Source: Nymphaea colorata
Taxonomy: Eukaryota
Reading direction: 5' to 3'
NCBI RefSeq assembly: GCF_008831285.2
Contig: NC_045138.2
Coordinates: 28,892,001 to 28,956,000 of the forward strand
Length of the DNA: 64,000 nt
Made by a program: the position numbers and the translations under genes. Under the pieces are notes generated by a model, which did no database searches, had not been told where the DNA came from, and saw only the letters and a list, made by a program, of their open reading frames with translations. Of the stretch, positions 49,678-63,367 are shown piece by piece; the first letter of the stretch is position 1; every line of letters begins with the position of its first letter.

Positions 49678-52257
49678 AAAACCATGTGGGGTATCTTTAT
49701 TTTAATTTTTTTTATTTTTTTATTGAAGAAGTATATTTTATGGTATAAAGTAAATATGAAGGATCTAATTTTCATTATATGTATTCGCTTGCGCTTGTCT
49801 GTATGTGGAGATCTGATACGAAATCACTACATCTACGTAGCAACGCGATGAAATGTTTGATTAGGTGTGTGTGGAGACTTGATGAACTAGTGGCTGGAGA
49901 GATTGAGATTAGAGATTTTCTGACACTTAGAAACTTGTTCCGACATTTTGGTTCACAGTGTTAAGTTGGAGAATCTTTTGAATTGCTTGCTTTAGCTTGA
50001 TGATGACCATCGCTTTAATTGAACATCAAGTTGTGGCATTTTGTGATTGGGAGCTACCCCAACGCATGATCGAGCGTCTGTGTCTTTGTGACATGCATGT
50101 CTATAATTAGTTTCGAATCTGGTTTCCTCTTTCAGGCAAATTTATGGTTTTACATTTCAGAAAGTGAAAGGTACTTCAGAAAATCACTCTTAACGTTGTG
50201 GAGCAATGCCAAAAGCGCATGAATCTTAATATTTTAACTTTGACAGCCTTGTTGAAAACTCTTATAGATTTCCGCATATTTTTGTCACTCCACAGTAATT
50301 AGGACCTTTTACTAAAACATTGGCAATGCCATTTGCCGCGAGAGCGTCTACCACCATAGTAACAAAACTTGGCGAATCTCTTTTCAAAATTTCACTCAAC
50401 GAAAGTAATAATCAGATATTTGTTACTGCTTCTCGTGAATAAATTGCAGCGCCGTTTCATGTCGAAAGAGCACTCAGCAACAAAAGTAAAGGGACTAAAA
50501 AGTAAAGAAGCAACACCCAATAACTTCTACACGGGAGAAGAGAGGAAGATCTGCATCCCTTTTCTGAGGAAACATAGATGCCCACAGACAGAAAGACTTC
50601 TTTTCAATAAAAAAAAAAAACCACCATTCCCATGTAATCGGCATGGTTCTCTCTCTCTCAATCGCTCTTTCTATGAGATATGAGATACAAGTAAATACTG
50701 GACATAAATTCACAACTTTTTTTTCCCTTCTTATACAAAACCTTACCGACATATTTTTGCACTCTTATGACCTCTTTTCTGCTTCGCCATAGTCACTATC
50801 ATCAATATTCACGTCTTCATTGATATAGACGTCAATCCATAGGAAAACTTTTATTGCATCTCATACCAAATACAATTTATTTAAACCACCATGATGAAAG
50901 GAATACAAGAGTTTACCCACAGTAGATTAAATTGACATTTTATCTAAACTCAGTACAAGCTCAATTTGCTTTACAAATGAGCAGCTTGACCATTGTTGCA
51001 TTATTCCATGCTCACACTCATAAATGACCAAACTTGAGTGGCGTTCTTCAAACTCCGCAAGCCTTGACATTTAATTAAAAACAATCAACAGTTTCACAAA
51101 AAAGAGTTCTTGCGTTGGAGAACGCTTACCTCGTAAAAAACCCAAGCTCTATTTTATTCATTTATTTAAAATACTTTTTAATTTTTCGAACTTGATAGAG
51201 GTGGGTCATCCTCTCAAAGTTGAATAGAGATACATACATGACCGAGCAAGTTTGCCAGAGCCCGCAAGTTCATCCATCTAATAAGCCAAGCTAGAATACT
51301 TTAAATCATGCAACACACAACAGAGAACTATAAATAATATATATATATAGGGAGGAGAGAGGGGGGAGAGAGTGGCATCAAATTACAAAAAACAAGTCGC
51401 CGTCAAGAACCTTAAAGCCTTTATCTTTGGGCACGTTGCCCCTTTTCCAACTGTCCGAGCGAGCGAACTGGAGTGTCCGGCAACTCAGACGGCTCCGAGG
51501 CTCAAAAAGCAGTAAAGGAAATCACTACCTTCCAAGAAAAAGCTAGAAACAACACGACAAAGAAATCACATGGAGATCTTCAACAAGTTGCACGTTGGCC
51601 ACTTTTATAACATTTTAATGCTGTTGGGGCAGAAGCACTCGTAGGATTCTTGATACCTCATAGTTCCTTGTTAGGTGAAGTTTGAACATTGCCAACAAAA
51701 GCGTTCAGACGCACACCTTCCCGCTCCCAACGATGTAGACAAGTTGTTAAATAGCATGTCGACGGAGCAACATTCACATCCCCAACATTACTTCCTGGCT
51801 GATATCTCCAGACTGCTCTCTCCTTGGTGTCTTTGCAAACTATTTGCCGTTCGTAACTTTGAGAAATTTACAAGTATCATCTTTGTCATTAAACCATGAT
51901 CAAAAGCAATACAACAATCCGTATGACATGCACCCTAATAGATATGCATCCCGATTTACAAGTATCAGTAATGATACTAAAGTAAGCTTAGCTTTCTTTT
52001 CTTCTCTGATAGAACAACTGAACAAATCTGTCTTTCTTTCTTTCTTCTTCTTCTTCTTCTTCTCTCTTCCTTTTTCTCTTTTCTTTTTTCTTTTTCTTTT
52101 AGGGGAACCGTAATCTCACCCGCTACGCATACCCAGTATTTCCTACAGTTATTTTAAGGCTAAGAAAGAAAAGGATGCCACTTTCATGAACAGAATGGTC
52201 TAACACTGTTTTGCTTTTTCTTGGCAGGTTGAAGTGGCATTCGACTATGTGGCGATT

Positions 52258-55200
52258 TCAAATGAAGGACCAATTCATGAACATGAAGCAGATGCAATGG
52301 GTGTTCTCTTCTTCATTCAGGACTTTCCAAGCTACTGCTTTCTCAAAAGATACAGGCCTTCCCATGCTCGAGAAGCACATCCCACCTTGCAAATATGTAT
52401 AACCCTGTACATATGAAGATCAAGGAACACACCATTAGAGAACAGGGGGAACGCTAGAACAGATTTGAGATCAAACTAAAAATACCTGCTGCATTATCTG
52501 TGCAAAGTCGGTGCAGAGAGCCTTCCTCCCGTTTTCATCAAATATTTTCTCGAGTGCTATATCTTGTAGTGCAACCAGGGTAGTCTCCAGCATGTCAAGG
52601 CCTGCCTGGTTTGCAAAAGTGAAAACTGGCACAGGCTGCAGAAGAAGGTCAAGAGCAACTAGTTAAACTCAAAATTTGGTGGCTAGGATTCTCCTGAAAT
52701 GCACGAGAAAATAGACCATATGTAGTGGCCCCTATGTGTGTTCAGTTAGACATTTTAAGTAGTTGAATACCAATTAGAGATCCAAGCATTTGATTATCAT
52801 GCATAACCAATAATGACATCTGAGCTAATCAAATCTAATATCACTACCATGTCAATACTGCAGACCTGTCTTAACTCTTACCTTCACGCAGCAACACATG
52901 ATAGCATCAGAATAATGCCAAAGTGTTTTAAGGATAGACTCTGTGCCTTCACTGGCAGGCCGAAGGAGATCTGCACCCAAATGAAGCCTGCGACAGAGCA
53001 AATCAAAGAAAGTTAGACAAGCAAGAACTAATACATGCTACTAACATTAGTTAGAACTCAATGTGAGACATATTAGAAATTTAGAAGACGTTTATAATAT
53101 TGAAAATAAGAAGTAGCAAATGCTTTTCTAGAGCATGCATAAGAAAGAGAGAGAGTCAATCCTTGCCTGTAACTATGGCAGATCCAGCGAGCAAGTGTAA
53201 GTGCTTCAGGACTGCCAAGTGGTGGTCTAATTCCAGGATGTGCACTGAGTTGAGATGGAGTCAATGCCATGGCCACCCTCTGCACAGATGAAATTACACT
53301 TCGAACATACTGGCGGGCCATGGTTGCCACGTTGTGCTGAAGATGCTCCTCATACGTGAACTGAAATGCAATGGTCAACACAGACCTCATGTTGCATGAG
53401 CTCCCTGACAGACTGCCAAACATCTTATTGCCAGTTGGCCCAACCTCAAGGGCAGAAGCTAGATCAAGGGTCCTCTTAGGGCTGGAACCATCCTGTTGAA
53501 TATACATTAAAAAAAAAAAAACCAAACTTAAACCATGTATAACCCAAACTTTTACAAAACAATAGAAGTCGATATTTGGGGAAAAAGCCCACAAACACCA
53601 TGTTAGTAGAACTTTGTTAACACCTTTCCAGTCTTAAACGGACATGGATGAAAAAAATTATTCAAATCATCAACCAGCTTTAATAAAAGACGCACATGCA
53701 TAAGAATGGGAAGAAAAACTAACAGCAATTCAAACACAACCTAATTCAATATCATGTCTCTAGAAACAAGTTCACATCTACCAACTGAAATTACAATGAA
53801 CTAACTTACAACACCAGAATCAAGGGGAATGACTCGGAAGCCAGAGGGCAGAAGTGGTGCATCATCAGCAAATGATGAATCGATCGGCGCAAACACAAGC
53901 TCAGAACAAGCCCCAACAGCAGTTTCATCCACACCGCTGCAAAGCTGCCCACATCCAAAAAGATTATCAGCAGGAATGTGTATACAGCTTCACATGAATA
54001 GCAAACAGGAGGCAATGAAAACCTGCAAGAGAAAGATGTCTCTGGGCATAATTGCATCTTCTGGACTCTGACCATTGTCCAATTTAATTACCTCCAAGAA
54101 CTGTTGGGGAAAAAAAATTATGCTTGCAATCAGAGAGACAATAATAGTAATATTATATACAGATAGTCCCACAAAAAAAAAGGGAGAATTGTATAGGGAG
54201 TATCTCTCACAATGCTAACAGTTGAGTTCAAATATTCGAAAAAATACTTCAGCTGTTTGTGTAAAACCCAATTATCATATATGCACTTCCAGATTTTCGA
54301 TTAAGAGAGAGAAGCAGTTTTCTTACAATCAGTTGAAATCTAACTGACACATGTTATCATGCATATGGAACATTATATCTTATTCACAGCCAGAGTTTAA
54401 CTGTTTTACCTGTAATTTTTCCATAAAAGAGAATAGTCTGACATTTCAACTTTAGTTAAGGAAGATGCAAAATCCATGAAATGTGTGAACTGTGAACTTT
54501 GTAAATGCAAAAGACTAATTCCCAATAAAGAGTGGATCTAGAACGGTTCATCTTTTGATATAAGTTTGATCAAATGTATCCTAGTACCCAACTCGTCAAA
54601 GGATCAAATGGCTTGGGAAGACTAATTAGATCATGTCACATTGTATAGAGTTCCTACCTACAAGCACCCATATAATCATCTTTCCCATTGAAAAGACAGG
54701 TAATCCTGTAGAGAGGATCAGGCCATGTGGTTTTGCAATGCTCTTTCCCACAAGTACTCCCTTAGGAGTTGATGTTCGTAGTCCACAAAAGACACACAGT
54801 ACTCCCTTATAGGTTGATATACATAGTCCATGAAAGACGGAAACTCCCTTATCTTTCTAAATCCAACAACTCAGCAACAAGCATTCCCCTACAACGCTGA
54901 AGTACAGCCCATAAAAGAAACAAAGTCCCCTATTTTCGAAATCCAACATGCAAGCCGCATGCACATGACCATGGAAACAATGAAAAATCTAAAGGCAATA
55001 TGTCAACTATCAAACCATCATTTGTGACGATCATGCCCCAGTACCAATCATTGTTTAGACCCTGAGAATCCCAAGATTTTGGCAACACAGAAACTAGAAC
55101 TGCAAATAAATGCCAGTTCCATTATTTTGTATACTTTTTCTTTTTCCCTTCTTCATAGAAGATTAAACCAGACACCATTAAATATAGGTTACCATATTAA

Positions 55201-58200
55201 ATAAGGCAAGTAAGACTAGATTGCGAATTTTGAATTAGAAAGTGAAAGGGTTGGCAGTTCATACCTCTTCACGCTCAAGTGTGTGGGCCAACGGCAAACT
55301 AACTTGACTTCCAAAAACACCCATCCGTGATGCAGTTGGATTACAGTGGCCAGTTTTAAGGCCTGCTGTGGAATAGGCATCAAGGCTACTGTCAGCCCAT
55401 TCGGATCGATGCTCACGCAAAAACCTTATGAGCAAAGCAGGAGGTACGTTCTACACAAACAAATGAAAAAAGTAACAAGTTAATAACCATAATGAAGAAA
55501 CATACATATATATATGTATGTATGCATGTATGTCTACATGCAAAAAGAAGCAGTCAGCCAACCACTGCAAGCTTCAGAAAGGCACAAGGCAAAGCAGAAA
55601 AACAAAACTAGGTTTAAATCTCAAAGAAGAAAAATATAAGAATTAGCACGTCTCTCTAAGAAGAATGGGTCTGTGGAAAGTGAAAACAATCGAAGCAGTT
55701 AACAATCTCAGGCTGTTCACACTTATGTCATGCAAATTAGGACCAGAAGATGAACATAAGGACAGCTAATATATTAGGCTTACATTATTGAGAAGACATT
55801 GGAAAAGAGAACTACAGAAATATCTAGAGAAATATCTTTTGTCAAAAGCAGAGGAATTGTGGACTAGGTTAAGCCCCAGGAAATTGGAATAGAAATGATG
55901 ACCATCTTTCTGAAATTAAAGAATGTAATTTGTAGAACTGAGTCAAAAACATCACTAGCCACAACTAATAATTTTTGTGAATATAACCGTAATAAAAGAA
56001 CGACATTATTGAAGGATGTTTTGAGTTCAAATGAACATAGCCAACGGAAAGATCACATTGTTTGGAAGCACCTATGCATCATGAAGAAGAGAGTATAAAA
56101 TACAAAAATATGCCATGAAAAAACAATTGTACAGTGACAACTCAAAAATCTTTCAAGATCCCAGAGTAGAACAAATTTTCACAAGATTTTATTGGAGAAA
56201 CTAACTGAACAAACCTGCAAGAGCATTGACGCTTTTGCACATAATACCGCATTTGTAACAGAAGAAAATCCATTTGCAGATGGAAAATTTGTGCCCATAT
56301 TTTTGCTGAATGATGAGTTGACAAGGACTGTTATATCATCCATCCCATCATTACTCAAAAGGGACCATCCATCGTCTGGAAATCCATTTACAGCTTCATT
56401 GAAACCTCTGCAAGATTACATCTTTCAGATTATAAAATACAATATAACGCTGCAATTCAATGCTTATACTGAAGCTTACCTGCTCAGCCTCAGACCAAGG
56501 GCACGCAAAGAAGCTGGTTGTCTGCCCCAACCAACAACAGTCCCATGAGAAACCTCCTGTGCAATCTGCCGTAAGTGACGTAAAGCCTGTCCAAAATGGT
56601 TCACAAAATCAGAACAAAAGAATGAAACTGAACTTATACGAGAATGAAAAAGTACTGTGTTCCCCAATCCACAAATAATAAAGGTTCAATGTCAGGTCAT
56701 TTTAAATATCCGTTAATAAGATACTATGGAATTATGTTTCATTTTTTTAGAAAGAAAAACGATAGAGGATAAGGAATATTTTACCATCATTGTAGTCTTT
56801 TGAGCAAGAACTGTTGGTGATTCATACAAAGGACGCAAGACTTCTGGTACACTCCATGGCTGCATCAAAGGGAAGGAATAGAAAACGTAAGCAATCTTCA
56901 CGTATTTAATTCCAATTTGGAAATTCTGGGGTTCTGGACCCTTACATTATTGCCAAAGCATATCTGTACAAAAACATGTTTAGAAATATATACAGAAATA
57001 CCTAAAACAAGCTTACCAAAATTGAAACTAAAACTAGAATACAAAGACCAACTTGCAAGTTCCATGTAGAAAGTGTTGTACCTCTAGGTCCATATGATCC
57101 ACAATATGAATTATCGAGCCACCCCCTTCATATGGCCTTATCAAGTACCCACTTGGAAACATTTCTGCTCGAACAAAATGCTGAACAGGAGGCATACTTG
57201 GACCATCTTGGTTGCTTCTCAATGATCTCTCACAGACCTGAAATGTGAACATGAGCCAACCAGTTATAGTGAACAAGTACGTCTACAAGTAGGTGTGGAT
57301 GCAACATCAAACATATGGATGTGTATGAACATGCAAGGTGTTTGGCAACAAGAATACTAACACAATGTTAGATGAATCGGTCCCAAAGATAAAAGCAGAT
57401 CCATAAAACACTGGAATTGTAGTGTTCCATGAACTGACTGAATCTTTGAAACAGATTCATGAAATGCTGTGTTAGTGATTCTGTTGCCAAACGTTCCGTA
57501 ATGTGAGTGCAAGTACATACGGCCCTTGTGTGCAATAAGTATGCCATGAAAGAGTGCCAAAGAAAGGTTTATGACTGAAACTTCAAACAGAAAGAAAACA
57601 GAGCATACCACCAAACTACCATCTTCCAGTACAGAAGTGTAACGCAGCAACCAAAAGTCACGAGCAGGTGCCAAGGTTGTCGGTGCATATGTCTAAATGT
57701 CCATTAGTTGACAAAGAAATTGTATTTCATTATAGAATCCAAAAGTCATTAGAATTCTACCACTATACTGTACAAATAGGAAGTATTTTGTATTTCATCA
57801 TAGGAACCAAAAGTCAGTAGAGTTCTAGCAGTATACTGTACAAATAGGAAGTATTAGGTGACAAAATTTCAGCTACCTGCATATATATTAATTCAATGGA
57901 TCCACCATTTCCAGTAGATAGGGCTGTCAAAACATCCATGGATCGGCAATCATGAAACCACGTAGACCGATCCTTGAGGATTTCTGCAACCTGAAGCGAG
58001 AATATGAGCAAACCTCCTAAACTCAACATTTTCTAATTTTTTCACATTATTGAAAGCTGAACCAACTTAAGCACAAAGAAAAAGCATGAATTTTGCATAT
58101 CAGAAAGCAAATATGGACTCCGGAACATGAAACACAAATACATTGTAGAAAAAGAAAGCAAAAGAATTGACTTGAAAACAGAAAATTCAATCTCACCTTT

Positions 58201-61200
58201 GCAGGTTCTAGGCCTACAAGACCACAAGCGCGTGCAGCTACCCCTGAGCTACCATGTGAAATAGCAATGATTCCAATGGAATCCGGACCAGGCTAGACAT
58301 AAGTGTAAAGCCATCAGTTTTTTCATCAATAAAGCAAAAAGAATCTCCATTTCATTACACCCACCTTCATCCCAGGCATTTGAATCCACTCAACAGCAGT
58401 TCCAGTAGCCTTTGAAAGAAACTCTGTTAAAGCCTCCTCAGCAATTGAAAGAAGTCTAGAAGATGGGAAATAAAAATAAATTGTCATTATCAGACTTAGC
58501 ATTCACAGCTATGACAAACAAAAACAACAGCTGAGTAGTGCAAAAAAAGTGAAACATTAAAATATCTATTTTAAAAATCAGCTCAAGGAACACTCCTGAA
58601 AGAGAAAACATGAAAATCAGTAATATCAAATGCATCAAATTACAGAAAGCAGTAGATACCCACTACGAAGACAAATATGAACTTAGATCCAAGATAACAT
58701 AATGCAACAGTCGCCACATTTTCTGAAAAAGAACGACGGCCATGAAGCTAAACGCCTTTTTACCAATCAAAGGCCAGTTACATAAAAAGAGTGAATAAAA
58801 ATGAGAAGGAACAAAAGGAAAGGAAGTTATATGAAGCAGATGGAACGAAAAGGGAAGGAGTCTAGTTACATAGCGACACAAAATTAATCAAATATGCAAC
58901 ACGGGATGCTAATCTGAAAGGCAAGGTTAACAGAGCGGCAAGACATGTTCACTTACCCAGCTGGACTAGCATCCCTAGGAGGATTTGGTGTTGTCAAGTG
59001 GTGTTGACCACTAGTCACCACAGATTCACAGCTTGTATCTGTCGTAGCCACGGATGGCTGCAAGTACCATCAACCAAGTTTAGCGTCTGTAACAATCCTA
59101 ATATCAAATATTGCAGAATAATAAAGCAAAGTAACTCGTAAAAGTTACAGCAATGAAGTTCAAGCATGCATGCGAGAAAAATGTCCAATCACCATCCCAT
59201 ATTTTTAGCTAAAAATATGGTCTAACAGGAACGACTAATAGTTTCTAAATACATTTTTGCAACTAGAAGTATGCCCAGTCACGTATTCCCTGGTTACTGA
59301 GTGCACGTCGTTTTATAAATGCGTGGAATCATTTCCTAAAATTCAGCTGCACATTTCGTCCTTGGGCGGAGGGGAACAGAAGTGAGCGGGACGTAACATC
59401 GAATAAAAGCAAACAAATAGGAACGCTGATTTTATTATGCTGCCTGCCATAGTTAATCGCGATAAATGCCACACACAAAATGAAATAAAAGCAAGCAATA
59501 ATGACGCCTTTAGGAGGGCGGCTGAAAAAGGAAGTCCGCGCTCTGCCTGCTGAGTGCTGAGGCGCCTCTCTAAGCTTGGACCAACGTGTAGCTGATTCCA
59601 ATGTGCACTCGTGACAAGCCCAGCAAGTTCGCCGGGACACCGATGAGTCACGGTGATGGAACCGAAAGGCTCTGGCACTTGAGGCACAGGACACCACCCA
59701 ATAGTCGCTAAAGCTGCTACAGTAATAGCAGCCTTTCCTTTCCAAGTACCAAGGCGAGCAGATTTTTTTTCCCTTTTTTTGGTTTTGTCCAAAAGCCAAA
59801 AAGCCAGCAGACGATGAGTTGAAGATAATCATTGCGAACGCTGGTCAAAACACCGGTGAGAATTGGCAACCAGTCTCATGGTGCGTTTTTGCAACCACTT
59901 TGGCCTGTGAAACCACGCCAAGCTCGTAGATTATTGCCCCAACCTCTTCCTTGAGTACACACACACTCGCAGTCACAGGTCCTTTAGCTGAAAGCAGAAC
60001 CGCACGCCCAAACGAGACGCAGGTTCGAAGTGGGTTCAAAGAAAAGGACCGAGTTGGAAAAAAGAGAGGCAGCGTTGTCCTTTCTAGAATTAGGGGACCT
60101 GGCGGCTGCGATGCCAGGAAAACACAAGTTGGATAGCTATTGCTAACTGGTAATGCTACTCATATAGTTACCATTATGAGTATAAACAACCAACCATAAT
60201 AGTAAAATCTCATTGGATGCAACCATTCTAGTCCTAGTTGCCCAAATAAAGGGAAATGTTTTGGTTAGAGAATAGTTCGCATTCACTTGGTCATCCGAAC
60301 GGTTCGCGTTCTTTCTTCCAGATCCTCGAAGTCAAGAAGTTTTGTTTGGAGGGTGCTCGTTTGTGATTTCGTCTCCACCCTTTGAGCGTTTCTCGATGGG
60401 AAAACAAAAAGAATAAAAGAAGTTAAGAGCACAAGAGAGGGTGACGAACATTTTGAGCCTGCTGGCGAAAATACCCATTCTCATACACCAATTGTGACAC
60501 CTGCTTTTGGAGACGGTCGTTCTCTTCCATCAAAAGCTTGTTCATGGCCGTCAGTTTCCTGTTCACAGCCTGCAGACGGGAGGCCTCCTTCCGCTGTTTT
60601 TCTCTGCATCTGAAGGAACCAAGACAAAAAAAAAAAAAGGAACTAAGCAACCACTCAGAAAAACAAGATGATAAACCAATCTTCGTACACATTAACACCA
60701 CCACTTCAGGCGACCAATAAAAAAACAAAGCAAGACAACAAAATAAAAAACGACTAGAAATATACACAAGGAAGCGCCAATCTCGTCGTAAGTGCACATG
60801 CCTAAAGAGAACCGGCCTCTACACAGTTGAAGGGAAAGGAGAGGGTGTCCACCGACCCCTTTTTTGTAAACATTCTAAAGAAACTCAAAGATAAGGCGGA
60901 CAAAAATATCTATTTAAAATTTAGAGCAACAAATTTCTTTCTTGTAGCAAAGATTATGGATACATGGAGAACGCTCCCCTGAACAGGTACGAAGAGAAAC
61001 CACATACACTTACTACGCAGCAAATACAATTTATTAGGCAGCGCAGTCGACAAAGAAAGCAAAAAAAGACGAAGGAAATGCAAGATTTCACCATTACCTT
61101 CGATTCTGAAACCAGACTTTGATCTGTTTAGGCTCGATGTTCGACAGTATGGGACACTCCCGAATCAACTGCTGTCTCCGGATGGCGCTTGGTTTAGGGC

Positions 61201-61312
61201 ACTCATGGTAAAGCCTCTCCAAAGCCTCCACTTGTTCAGGCGTGTAGCGAACGTACTTCCCGGGGTCTATGGCCGCACCTTTGGAATCCTTACAGGAAGT
61301 AACGCTCATCAT
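52258..61312 (-). CDS. ATHB-15: Class III HD-ZIP transcription factor (homeodomain, leucine zipper, START, SAD, MEKHLA), ATHB15/CORONA-ATHB8 type, 839 aa
   Basis: 18 exons joining in frame (2520 nt): 61312-61098, 60609-60450, 59057-58957, 58455-58365, 58292-58197, 57990-57877, 57692-57609, 57237-57082, 56859-56785, 56586-56480, 56407-56215, 55450-55265, 54100-54023, 53944-53810, 53492-53167, 52987-52882, 52635-52486, 52404-52258. Motifs GKYVRYTPEQVEALER, KVWFQNRRCREKQRKE, WIQMPGMKPGPDSIG, FTFANQAGLDMLETTL, FMFMNWSFI*. The subclade/symbol is inferred from the N-terminus MMSVTSCKD and is less certain than the family. Confidence 0.97.
57720..57856. repeat. Intronic tandem duplication, period about 68 bp (HD-ZIP III intron 6)
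   Basis: TTGTATTTCAT.ATAG.A.CCAAAAGTCA.TAGA.TTCTA.CA.TATACTGTACAAATAGGAAGTATT occurs twice. Confidence 0.9.
58283..58375 (-). promoter_or_regulatory. miR165/166 target site split by intron 4
   Basis: Spliced mRNA reads CTGGGATGAAG|CCTGGTCCGG (58375-58365 joined to 58292-58283), the conserved HD-ZIP III site. Confidence 0.95.
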
Positions 61313-63356
61313 GCCTTCAGCAGTTTCCCTGATCAAAACAGCGGCCAGACAAGATACTCAACCCCTAGACTCTTCCTCAACTCCTCCTTTGGCTTTCGAC
61401 AAGTTTTCTTTCCTTTTCCTCCCCAAAGTACACGTTCCTTCAGGCTGGAAAAACTTCACCAATGGATGAGATTTTGCTGTACTAATTGCAAAGTGTCACC
61501 ATCCCTGCGAGTTTTTCTTAAGCTCCCTCTCCTTTTCTCCCTCCAAATCATCCCCTCTTCAAAGTAGCAACTCTTAAATAAAGAAAAGTCCTACAATGAT
61601 GGTTTTCTTCTATCCTGGAATAATGACTCGAAAACTGAGTACTGAGACTACGAAAAAACACTGAATGCTGCCACCTCTCAGGAATCTGCTTTTTTTTTCT
61701 TTAATAATATATATGCGTCGCTAACCTCCAACTTCCTTGTTTTACTCAAGATGCTCGATCAGCATTTACAGGCTTCAGATACCAGAAGAATCGACTAATG
61801 CGGTCGCTTTCATCCCCTCAAAAACTTCCACCTTTTTCCGGCCAAGATATCGAAATCTGTCAAATTTGAAACAGCAGCTCTTTGGCCTTAGTCTCCTTTA
61901 CCACATGCCAGAAAAGAAGCACGGAAACTATAGTCTCCGTCATGAGACCGGGTCCATTAACGGCCACATCTATATAAGTCCCGATTCTTGCCAAGATGAC
62001 CAAGATATATAAAAATTTTCAAACACGTTGCCAAAGAAACAAACTGTAAATATATGTACCCTTCAAGCAATCGTGATGAAGACGGATGGTTGACGAACTC
62101 TTCACTCTGAACAGAGAACTAAAAAGAAACGCATTCTTCAGTTTTTTGAGTCCCAAAGAGAAATTCAAACCAGAAACAGACTGAATTTGGCCAAAATATG
62201 AAAACAATACTTTTTAAGGAATCGAGATACACATACTGGAAGGATGACGTCGGAGTCATCTTTCACAGGGCCATAGATCAACTAGGACGCTTAGGAGCAG
62301 AATGAGACATAAAGATCTTAAGAGGGACCTGGAGGAAGGGGGAGGGGAATGAAATAGGGGAATACTATTTATGAATGTCTGGTTTCTACCTTTAGTTTTT
62401 CAAGTAGAAATCCAAACTATCTAAGTTAGAATCATGCTGACTACTTTCTTTGATCTAAAATTATGAAGTCCGGCAAATTCTCCATTATTTTTTCCCTAAT
62501 TAAACTTAAGAGACTGAGACTGACAAAACCGTAACCGCAACTCCTTTCTTTTAGGGTCACAAATTTTCTTCGACCAAAAACAAGAGTCGAACCAATGAGT
62601 TTCTTCAAACTTAAAAAACACCACAACAATTTTTGTTCAATTTTTTCGTCAAAATTTCACAACATAACAACAAGATATGGACGACAAGCGACCAGACCCT
62701 TTGCCGAACCCAGAAACAGATTATTAACTGGGATGGAAAAGCATTAACAGGAAGCATCTGAAAGAGGACCCCCAAACACCTCACTTAAAGCTAGGGACTC
62801 AGGATCGGAGATCTTCAGCCAAGCGGGCCAAGACTTAGCCTAGCGAAGGAAACGGACAGGGTAAGAGAAGAATGGCAACGCAGAAACCAGAAACAACACA
62901 GATCCTCAACCTAGAACCACCGATCCCTCTCACAACACCGAATCGATTACCTTTTAGAAGCAAAACATAATCGAGATCGCTCCCTCGCCGGCTAACGCCT
63001 ACAGAGGGTCTTAGACTTTGATCACCAAGCTACGGGAGCCGGACTCTCGCTCATCCCGCGGAAGCTGGGCGTCCGTCGCCGGACAGAGGTTGGGAAAGTC
63101 GGTGAAATGAACGGAAACAGTAACAAGAGAAGAAGCAGCGCCTATGAGACGCATCGAGCGGCAGAAGACGTAACTCCGTGTCCCAGAGCTCTCTCCCGTT
63201 GCCCAGAGTAAAGGACGTTTCCTTCCTCCTGCCGATGGAGTTCCTCTTCTTCCTTCTTTCCCGAGACGCTTCCTCTGGCTCCTTTCAAGACTGAGTGAGA
63301 AATGAACGACCAGACTCTGCTGTAATGACAACACAGAGACTATGGCGGGGAATTTG

Positions 63357-63367
63357 CTTATATATAC
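63357..63367 (-). promoter_or_regulatory. Putative TATA box of the HD-ZIP III gene
   Basis: TATATATAAG on the minus strand, just upstream of a GC-rich segment that ends in the donor-like AAG|GTAATC at 62951/62950. Confidence 0.5.

Noticed and set aside
51530..52125. Possible 3' UTR intron of the HD-ZIP III gene (donor-like GG|GTGAGA at about 52119)
   Set aside because: The acceptor is ambiguous; cannot be supported without transcript data.
62341..62353. GGGGAATGAA matching the complement of the miR166 3' half
   Set aside because: Only 10 nt, seed half absent; better explained as the polypyrimidine tract of a minus-strand splice acceptor.
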